Source of the DNA: a virus
Taxonomy: Duplodnaviria; Heunggongvirae; Uroviricota; Caudoviricetes
Length of the DNA stretch: 64,000 nucleotides
Reading direction: 5' to 3' (one strand)
Virus record (IMG/VR): IMGVR_UViG_3300031992_000010
Part shown: positions 20,910-27,140 of the stretch, piece after piece
Layout of the letters: each line of letters opens with the position of its first letter
Position numbering within the stretch: the stretch's first letter is position 1
The notes under the pieces: model-generated
Databases searched by the model: none
Told to the model about the DNA's origin: nothing
What the model saw: only the letters and a program-made list of their open reading frames with translations
Made by a program: the position numbers and the translations under genes

Positions 20910-20985
20910 AGCGGGATGGACTGGAGATGGTTACCAGCCCGGTCTCATAAGCCGGATGACGTGGGTTCGAATCCCACTCCCGCCA
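20910..20985 (+). tRNA. tRNA-Met(CAT), initiator-like
   Basis: CT CAT AA loop; A1:C72 mismatch. Confidence 0.85.
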
Positions 20986-21061
20986 CAAATAGGCTGGCAA
21001 CACATAAAATGTAGTGCCTGTTTACAAGTCACATTATCTGCAGTAATATGATTTGGTTTTC

Positions 21062-21174
21062 TTGATTGTAGTTTAATTCCATTGTGGAGGTAGAGCGACG
21101 GCTTTAATTCCATTGTGGAGGTAGAACGATGGCCAGTTAAGCCGAGGGTAATGGTTCGAGCCCATTCAATCAAG
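21062..21174 (+). pseudogene. tRNA-Asn(GTT)-like gene with internal 31-nt tandem duplication
   Basis: TTGATTG/CAATCAA acceptor; copies at 21072-21102 and 21103-21133 (2 mismatches); loop CA GTT AA. Confidence 0.6.
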
Positions 21175-21179
21175 CAAAT

Positions 21180-21253
21180 GGAGTTGGTAGTTCAGTTGGT
21201 AGAACACCGGTTTGTGGAACCGGTAGTCGCGGGTTCAAATCCCACCCAACTCC
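21180..21253 (+). tRNA. tRNA-His(GTG) copy 1
   Basis: TT GTG GA loop, encoded G-1:C73. Confidence 0.9.
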
Positions 21254-21258
21254 CTAAT

Positions 21259-21332
21259 GCCGTGGTAGCCCAAATGGTAGAGGCAATAGACTTGGAATCT
21301 ATGTAGTGAGAGTTCGAATCTCCCCGTTCCCA
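21259..21332 (+). pseudogene. chimeric tRNA-Pro(TGG)-like gene with unpaired acceptor
   Basis: 5' half GCCGTGG matches the Leu(CAA) gene at 21640 and cannot pair with 3' CGTTCCC. Confidence 0.6.
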
Positions 21333-21481
21333 CAAAGAAGTCTCCTTATTTGGAGCATTATATGATTTAGGTCTCACTAATTGTGTGAATTTACGGTGAG
21401 AGAAGTTAGGTGATCACACAACACCATGAACTTCCGTGGTATTCTAATTGAAACCCACAACGGTACGTGAAGCCGTTTTAT

Positions 21482-21555
21482 TGTTGCGTAATTCAATTGG
21501 TTAGAATGTCAGACTTTGATTCTGAAGGTTAGGGGTTCGAGTCCCTTCGCAACAA
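21482..21555 (+). tRNA. tRNA-Gln(TTG)
   Basis: TCAGA-CT TTG AT-TCTGA. Confidence 0.9.
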
Positions 21556-21560
21556 CACAT

Positions 21561-21634
21561 GGAGTTGGTAGTTTAGTTGGTAGAACACCGGTTTGTGGAA
21601 CCGGTAGTCGTGGGTTCGAATCCCACCCAACTCC
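21561..21634 (+). tRNA. tRNA-His(GTG) copy 2
   Basis: Near-identical to 21180 copy. Confidence 0.9.
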
Positions 21635-21639
21635 CTAAT

Positions 21640-21713
21640 GCCGTGGTAGCCCAATTGGTAGAGGCATTGGATTCAAAACCCAATCAGTGTAGGTTCGAGT
21701 CCTACCTACGGCA
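21640..21713 (+). tRNA. tRNA-Leu(CAA) with short variable loop
   Basis: TT CAA AA loop; 5-nt variable region. Confidence 0.75.
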
Positions 21714-21718
21714 CACAT

Positions 21719-21853
21719 GTCTGCGCGGATGGACTTTCTATCACGTGAGTGCGCATAGTTTGGTAGAAGGGAGCTTGGAAAGCCTTATCATCTATTTTTG
21801 TCAATATTCGCGATATTGTTGGCAAATATGAGGTTCGATTCCTTACGTAGGCA
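21719..21853 (+). ncRNA. oversized (135 nt) tRNA-like gene, possible GGA anticodon
   Basis: GTCTGCG/CGTAGGC acceptor, TGAGG-TTCGATT-CCTTA T-arm, long variable hairpin, expanded D region. Confidence 0.5.
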
Positions 21854-21860
21854 CAATTTT

Positions 21861-21945
21861 GGGGAAGCGGCTACGATGGTGGAGTGGCACCGGACTGTAA
21901 ATCCGGCACATAGAAACACAGGGGGTTCGAATCCCTCCTTCCCCA
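21861..21945 (+). tRNA. tRNA-Tyr(GTA)
   Basis: CCGGA-CT GTA AA-TCCGG. Confidence 0.9.
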
Positions 21946-21951
21946 CATTAT

Positions 21952-22023
21952 TCCCCGATCGTCTAACGGTTAGGACGCCAGGTTTTCAACCTGTAAATCC
22001 GGGTTCGATTCCCGGCCGGGGGA
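21952..22023 (+). tRNA. tRNA-Glu(TTC)
   Basis: CAGG-TT TTC AA-CCTG. Confidence 0.85.
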
Positions 22024-22027
22024 CTAT

Positions 22028-22100
22028 GACCTCGTAACTCAATTGGCAGAGTACCACCCTTTTAAGGTGGGAGTTCCGGGTTCAAATCCCGGCGGGGTCA
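22028..22100 (+). tRNA. tRNA-Lys(TTT)
   Basis: CCACC-CT TTT AA-GGTGG. Confidence 0.9.
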
Positions 22101-22109
22101 CAAAATTAT

Positions 22110-22182
22110 GGTCTTGTAACTTAATTGGTAGAGTACCTCACTCTTAATGAGGGAGTTAAGGGTTCGAGCCCCTTCGGGACCA
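22110..22182 (+). tRNA. tRNA-Lys(CTT)
   Basis: CCTCA-CT CTT AA-TGAGG. Confidence 0.9.
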
Positions 22183-22400
22183 CGAAAATCCATCGGACAA
22201 GGCTTTGGCGATGAGGATTATTAAAATGGTGGGAGGGCAAATGACAAACCTTTGGGTTTAAAGGTGAACCGGTGGCCCACAACCTTTATGGATAAAACCT
22301 ATAATGCCGGTACAGTGTGGACGAGGCTACCACACGGTCCATTTGAACCACATATAATAATCCAACAGGTCGGTGGGACGCGGGTGGATGGGTTTTTAAT

Positions 22401-22474
22401 GGGCATTTAGCGCAATTGGTTAGAGCATCCGCCTGATACGCGGAAGGTTGATGGTTCGAGTCCATCAGTGCCCA
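22401..22474 (+). tRNA. tRNA-Ile(GAT)
   Basis: TCCGC-CT GAT AC-GCGGA. Confidence 0.9.
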
Positions 22475-22481
22475 CAATATT

Positions 22482-22557
22482 GGTCCACGGGGATGCCTGG
22501 TGTGTCCGCCTGCCTGTCACGCAGGATATCAGTCCGGTTCGAATCCGGAGTGGACCG
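22482..22557 (+). tRNA. tRNA-Asp(GTC)
   Basis: CCTGC-CT GTC AC-GCAGG. Confidence 0.9.
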
Positions 22558-22562
22558 CAATT

Positions 22563-22638
22563 GGGCCGGTAGCATAATTGGAATTAATGTACCTGGCTAC
22601 GAACCAGGCGATTGGGGGTTCGAATCCCTCCCGGCCTA
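22563..22638 (+). tRNA. tRNA-Arg(ACG)
   Basis: CCTGG-CT ACG AA-CCAGG. Confidence 0.9.
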
Positions 22639-22655
22639 CAAAATTTTTATTAATT

Positions 22656-22823
22656 ATGGAGGAGAAATTATTTGAGTGGTTGAAATTTCGTTTTATACGG
22701 GACAATCATAAACGGTATCACAAATATTTTGATGAATGGATATCAAACATCACACAATCCCAAATTGAGGGATTTAAAAAATGTATGTTTTATGATACCG
22801 AAAAGGTTTTAATGCGGGGTTAG
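22656..22823 (+). CDS. small hypothetical protein inside tRNA array
   Basis: 55 aa AT-rich ORF MEEKLFEWLK..., AATTATG start context, stop overlaps tRNA-Gly. Confidence 0.45.
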   Translation: MEEKLFEWLKFRFIRDNHKRYHKYFDEWISNITQSQIEGFKKCMFYDTEKVLMRG

Positions 22824-22885
22824 CACAATGGTTAGTGCTCCGGTCTTCCAAACCGGAGATGAGGGTTCGATTCCCTTACCCCGCT
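22814..22885 (+). tRNA. tRNA-Gly(TCC)
   Basis: CCGGT-CT TCC AA-ACCGG, U73. Confidence 0.9.
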
Positions 22886-22959
22886 CGATAATGGAATAGT
22901 GCGGCACTTGGACGAGTTTCGGGGATCTCGTCCCAATGAAAATAATAAAACCCCGTCCC
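22886..22959 (+). repeat. inter-tRNA pseudoknot spacer, copy 1
   Basis: TTGGACGAG/CTCGTC stem, CGGGG loop, A-rich linker, CCCCG; second copy at 24464. Confidence 0.65.
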
Positions 22960-23050
22960 AGGGTAGTGGAGGAGTTAGGTCAACCTCGCTTGGTTTGGGA
23001 CCAAGAGGATGCTGTAATGGCTGGCGCCGGTTCGAATCCGGCCTACCCTA
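22960..23050 (+). tRNA. tRNA-Pro(TGG) with long variable region
   Basis: CTTGG-TT TGG GA-CCAAG; about 20 nt variable region. Confidence 0.75.
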
Positions 23051-23054
23051 CTAT

Positions 23055-23143
23055 GGAGGTGTGGCAGAATTGGTTGATGCACCGGTCTTGAAAACCGGCG
23101 GGTACATAATATGGCCTTGGGGGTTCGAGTCCCTCCACCTCCG
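23055..23143 (+). tRNA. tRNA-Ser(TGA)
   Basis: CCGGT-CT TGA AA-ACCGG, long arm, G73. Confidence 0.9.
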
Positions 23144-23235
23144 CAGAACTTGGGTATATGATTCCAACCACGAATTGGATGATTATATGAGGTTTATTCC
23201 AAATGGTGTGTTTCGTGGACATCTACATTTGGTTT

Positions 23236-23306
23236 GAATTGTTCGTCTAACGGGAGGACAGGGGCCGGGACGGCCCCGAATATTGGTTCGAATCCAATAC
23301 AATTCC
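23236..23306 (+). ncRNA. tRNA-like gene with non-canonical anticodon loop
   Basis: Intact acceptor, D and T arms; anticodon arm GGGGC-CGGGACG-GCCCC lacks U33 and a purine 37. Confidence 0.55.
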
Positions 23307-23313
23307 AATTTTT

Positions 23314-23428
23314 TGGGGGATAGGAGAATGGTATACCCACCCTATGTTGATTAGGGAGCCCACTAATAGTTATCGAGGGAATAAGTGGGGGTGGTAACAC
23401 CTTGATGGTTCGAATCCATCTCCTCCAA
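23314..23428 (+). ncRNA. oversized (115 nt) tRNA-Gln(TTG)-like gene
   Basis: TGGGGGA/TCCTCCA acceptor, CCCTA-TG TTG AT-TAGGG, two extra hairpins in the variable region, normal T-arm. Confidence 0.55.
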
Positions 23429-23640
23429 CGCAATTGCGGCCTAACGTGTTTAACACAGTAGGAGAAAGCAAGGTACACATAGTCGCATATAAATGCGGAG
23501 GTACACGGAGCCTTGCCAATCCTATTTGTTAGGAAAACGTGTCGGTGTATATGGCATATGGCCGGCGTATATTGGCTCATCAATATACAATCGACAAAGT
23601 CCGTGGAACGGGATGTGCGATGGCGCCGCCTTCCCTATTT

Positions 23641-23713
23641 GGACCTTTGGTGTAAGAGGTGTGCTCACCGGACTGAAAATCCGGAGGTTGTGGTTCGACT
23701 CCACGAGGGTCCA
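23641..23713 (+). tRNA. tRNA-Phe(GAA)
   Basis: CCGGA-CT GAA AA-TCCGG. Confidence 0.9.
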
Positions 23714-23842
23714 CGTGAAAGGGTGTAGTGTATGCTTTCCACCATTGGTCCCACGGGTAGATGGCTGGGGGTTCCTCATTATGCACCAACCAACCTTTGG
23801 GGCGGTATCGATTCTGAAAGGAGGACAAAAGGAACCAAATAT

Positions 23843-23928
23843 GGAGGGGTAACCCTAATTGGTAAGGGAGCGGTTTGCTAAACCGCCAGTAGTCGTAAGA
23901 CGTGCAGGTTCGAGTCCTGCCCTCTCCG
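23843..23928 (+). tRNA. tRNA-Ser(GCT)
   Basis: GCGGT-TT GCT AA-ACCGC, long arm. Confidence 0.9.
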
Positions 23929-23934
23929 CAACCT

Positions 23935-24019
23935 GGCCGGGTGACGTAATGGTAGGCGTAGGGGACTTAAAATCCCCTGAACAGCAATGTTCGTGTGGGT
24001 TCGAGTCCCACCTCGGCCA
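23935..24019 (+). tRNA. tRNA-Leu(TAA)
   Basis: GGGGA-CT TAA AA-TCCCC, long arm. Confidence 0.9.
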
Positions 24020-24315
24020 CAATACGGAGGAGCGGTTCAACCCCGCGTTCGTTGAATAGGCTGGCGCAATGCTCGCGGAAAAGGTCAGCAGTAAACACGA
24101 TAATGGTGTAACGCAAGCACGCCGTAGGACAACATTGAAAACACCTGGGAACAGGCGAGAAGAGAGGTAGTAAGTATCGTGGGACATCAAATGCGCAAAA
24201 AATCCACACGATTCTCTGCGAAATCCGCATAATTGAGGCCTTGAGAAGCGGATTCATAAGACCAAGGGAAATTGATGATTGAAGCTGGTCTACTCGTTTC
24301 AATGTTTTTTTATTT

Positions 24316-24387
24316 GGCCTTGTCGAATAAGGGTTAGTTCACAGGATTCTCAATCCTGTTATCCGGGTTCAAATCCCGGCGAGGCTA
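24316..24387 (+). tRNA. tRNA-Glu(CTC)
   Basis: CAGGA-TT CTC AA-TCCTG. Confidence 0.9.
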
Positions 24388-24391
24388 CTAT

Positions 24392-24463
24392 GTGTGGTGG
24401 CCGGGTCGGTTTACGGGCCGGTCTGCAAAACCGGTTAGGTTGGTTCAATTCCAACACCACACT
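24392..24463 (+). tRNA. tRNA-Cys(GCA)
   Basis: CCGGT-CT GCA AA-ACCGG, U73. Confidence 0.85.
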
Positions 24464-24543
24464 CGATGATGGGTCGCGCCCATCTTGGACGAGTATGAGT
24501 TCGGGGGACCTCGTCTCAACGAAAATAATAAAACCCCGTCCAT
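24464..24543 (+). repeat. inter-tRNA pseudoknot spacer, copy 2
   Basis: Same stem, G-rich loop, GAAAATAATAAAACCCCGTCC as the 22886 copy. Confidence 0.65.
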
Positions 24544-24615
24544 AGCCCTGTCGTATAACGGTTATTACATCGGGTTTTGGACCCGAGAATCGTGGTTCGA
24601 CTCCACGTGGGGCCA
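24544..24615 (+). tRNA. tRNA-Gln(TTG) second gene
   Basis: TCGGG-TT TTG GA-CCCGA; weak acceptor stem. Confidence 0.75.
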
Positions 24616-24620
24616 CACAT

Positions 24621-24693
24621 TGGTGCTTGGTGTTAGTGGTTAGCATCCCGGTCTCCAAAACCGGCGGGGAAGGTTCGAGTCCTTCAGCACCTG
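24621..24693 (+). tRNA. tRNA-Trp(CCA)
   Basis: CCGGT-CT CCA AA-ACCGG. Confidence 0.85.
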
Positions 24694-24822
24694 CTTTTCA
24701 TATCCTTTTACTTACATCGCCGGGATTTCCTTCCCGGTAGGAGGGTGTTACACTTATGGGCCGGGCCACCGGCCGGTCGCAATACACCCACAGGTATACA
24801 ATACGTGATGTTGCCCATTTTT

Positions 24823-24895
24823 ACCCTGTTAATTCAATTGGTTAGAATACAGGTCTTCTAAACCTGACATATAGGTTCGATTCCTATACGGGGTA
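24823..24895 (+). tRNA. tRNA-Arg(TCT)
   Basis: CAGGT-CT TCT AA-ACCTG. Confidence 0.9.
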
Positions 24896-25017
24896 CGAAA
24901 TTTCCTATTTCCCAAAATCCGTATCGTTCGGTGATGGTCGACTTATCCGAAATCGAAATACACCGGCCCATCGCAAGGTGGTCCAAATACCGGTCCAAAT
25001 CGTTGGTTGGCCTTTTT

Positions 25018-25053
25018 GGTGGTTTATGGGTAGATTTACAAAACCACCTTTTT
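25018..25053 (+). terminator. terminator ending tRNA array
   Basis: GGTGGTTT...AAAACCACC-TTTTTT. Confidence 0.6.
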
Positions 25054-25067
25054 TATATATAATATAT

Positions 25068-25406
25068 ATGAGGAAATTTAGGGTATTACAAAATAGGAAT
25101 TATGAGTGGCCGGTTACCCATATGTGGTATACCAAGAAAAAAGGTCAAACAATCGAGGAGATTATCGACACCGATCCCGAGTTCTTTATTTGGATGGTGG
25201 AAACGTTCCAAAACGTTACACCCAAACAGGCCTCACATTTTCGCCAACGTACCGGCATAATTGTTCCCGGTATATTCATTCAGGACGTGGAACCTTACGA
25301 CCATATACCTGCCGATCCTGATAAATTATATATGGAACTTTGTGATACACAGGACCTTCCCGGTACATTGAAAAAATATCGGGGTGTACAATTAAATTTA
25401 TTTTAA
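25068..25406 (+). CDS. hypothetical protein with ExoX C-terminal-like KG.TIEEI..DP.F.W motif
   Basis: KGQTIEEIIDTDPEFFIWM; start moved to MRKFRV. Confidence 0.5.
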   Translation: MRKFRVLQNRNYEWPVTHMWYTKKKGQTIEEIIDTDPEFFIWMVETFQNVTPKQASHFRQRTGIIVPGIFIQDVEPYDHIPADPDKLYMELCDTQDLPGTLKKYRGVQLNLF

Positions 25407-25437
25407 TTTGTGGTTATATTATAAAAAAATCAAAACT

Positions 25438-25692
25438 ATGATAGGAAATAAAAAATCGGCAATAATGATTATCCTTGAAAAGGTTCGGGATAACGTAATT
25501 TCGACGGAGGATGCATACACCATATTGGATGCATTGTTAAATGATAATACAAATTGGATTCCACCCACACAAGGTGGAGGTAATATTCCAATCGGCATTA
25601 ATCCAATATATACAATGACCGGGTCATCAAAAAAGTTCCAATACCCGGCGGATGAAATGGAACATACAACAACACAAATCATTAATAACTAA
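25438..25692 (+). CDS. hypothetical protein
   Basis: Operon packing, TAATG coupling to next gene. Confidence 0.55.
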   Translation: MIGNKKSAIMIILEKVRDNVISTEDAYTILDALLNDNTNWIPPTQGGGNIPIGINPIYTMTGSSKKFQYPADEMEHTTTQIINN

Positions 25693-25958
25693 TGGGAAAT
25701 CCAATAACGGTTCAGGAGGTACTCCAATTATTATTAAACATCCGGGTCGGCTACCCGAAATTTGCGCAGATGGTGGATGTGGATGGATTTATAGAGGTAT
25801 ATTCCGGTGTGGAGGGAAATGATATACCAATATGGTTGTGGGAGAGGACTATGTGGATAATGACCCGGTTCGCCCAATTCCTATATAAATTTCCAATACA
25901 AAGTGAAATGGATGCGCGACCGCATACATTTACTGGGAACCCAAACTGTCAATGTTAA
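25692..25958 (+). CDS. hypothetical protein
   Basis: Operon packing. Confidence 0.55.
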   Translation: MGNPITVQEVLQLLLNIRVGYPKFAQMVDVDGFIEVYSGVEGNDIPIWLWERTMWIMTRFAQFLYKFPIQSEMDARPHTFTGNPNCQC

Positions 25959-25975
25959 ATTAATATAATATAATT

Positions 25976-26275
25976 ATGAAAGGTGTAGACGAGGAATTTA
26001 AGAACATTTTATTCAAGGTATACGGTACCTTTGGATGTGGAAATTGTTTTAACCAATGGAGAATAATTCAGGAGGAATTTTTCGATTTCAAACGCGAAAA
26101 GGTTAACTGTAACGAATTGGATGAGGATGAGTTGAATAATTTAAAAATCCGTCAGGTTCCTGTTGTGATGATTTATGACGGCGATGCGTTGATAAAACGT
26201 TACAACGAGTATACCTCAACGGATGCCATAAGGGACTTTTTATATGAATACAAAAAAACAAAACAAGGCAGGTAA
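25976..26275 (+). CDS. thioredoxin/glutaredoxin-like protein
   Basis: CGNC and the IRQVPV cis-Pro segment. Confidence 0.7.
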   Translation: MKGVDEEFKNILFKVYGTFGCGNCFNQWRIIQEEFFDFKREKVNCNELDEDELNNLKIRQVPVVMIYDGDALIKRYNEYTSTDAIRDFLYEYKKTKQGR

Positions 26276-26621
26276 TTCCATTTGGGAAACATTCGATACC
26301 ATTACCGGCAAGTATAAACTTGGAAAACTTAAAACCGGGGGTTTTGAGGTGGTGAATTATAATGCCATAAAAAACTACCAACAAAAACGCATAGAGGTAA
26401 ATTTCGAGGTCCTTTATGAGGTGGAGAAAAAGAAGTGGGGTATATGTAAGGATATATCGTGTATATATAACAACGAAAATATCGACACACTCGAACCAAA
26501 TATCAAACAACTCATTAAAACGATGAAAACACAGGATGTCATCAAACCCGGAATGAAACGTGAGGAATGCCGTACCGGAAAAATTAAACAGGCCGGGTGG
26601 TATATTTATTACCTAAACTAA
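26244..26621 (+). CDS. hypothetical protein
   Basis: 125 aa ORF, operon packing. Confidence 0.55.
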   Translation: MNTKKQNKAGNSIWETFDTITGKYKLGKLKTGGFEVVNYNAIKNYQQKRIEVNFEVLYEVEKKKWGICKDISCIYNNENIDTLEPNIKQLIKTMKTQDVIKPGMKREECRTGKIKQAGWYIYYLN

Positions 26622-27059
26622 CCGGTTGATCGTATCCTCCGTGAAGATTTTAAAGGAGAGGTTGTGTTTATTGCAGTAATCCAATGCATAACGCCACTTC
26701 TCCTTATTTTTTAACCATTGTTCCCAAGCGTATGTGTTTTGATTTGACGGCTTGTGGGTTTGATTCTTCGGCTTGATTTCAACGACCCAAATTGTTCCGT
26801 CCGTCAATTCAACCACGAAATCCGGATAATATGTATGAAATGCGCCGCCCAACATATATGGTATCCTCATACATTCCGACCCCCACCGTTTTACCTTCGG
26901 GCTATGTTCCAGCCAATTAATGAACCTCCATTCATATGAGGAGCGATATATTATTGGTTTTCCCTTTTGGGATTCAAATAATTTATGGCAGGTATCCGGG
27001 TGTACCGCCCCTTGACGATAACGCGACTTTTTATCCGGCCGTAGTTTCTTTATATCCAT
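26613..27059 (-). CDS. head completion nuclease, gp4/TnsA-N-like
   Basis: YRSSYE, YYPDF, VEIKP, N..KW. Confidence 0.8.
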   Translation of the reverse strand: MDIKKLRPDKKSRYRQGAVHPDTCHKLFESQKGKPIIYRSSYEWRFINWLEHSPKVKRWGSECMRIPYMLGGAFHTYYPDFVVELTDGTIWVVEIKPKNQTHKPSNQNTYAWEQWLKNKEKWRYALDYCNKHNLSFKIFTEDTINRLV

Positions 27060-27140
27060 ATATAAAAAATCGGCGAAAACATAATAAAATTAAAAATTAA
27101 TTCCGTGGAATTTTATTATTTGTTAAATGAATGTGATTGA

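Noticed and set aside
19800-24310. tmRNA or RNase P RNA
   Set aside because: No tag ORF ending in ALAA within a G3-U70 acceptor, and no GAGGAAAGTCC P4 motif seen
19034-24658. The many short ORFs listed over the tRNA array
   Set aside because: They overlap tRNAs on either strand and have no protein-like composition (except 22656..22823)
19413-24895. HDV-like theta ribozymes at tRNA 3' ends
   Set aside because: I could not fit P1-P2-P3-L3-P1.1 with a J4/2 cytosine after any tRNA by eye; an RNArobo or Infernal search is needed to exclude them fully
26613-27059. TnsA transposase / Tn7-like element
   Set aside because: Only the nuclease domain is present, with no tnsBC; size and context fit the T4 gp4 head-completion protein
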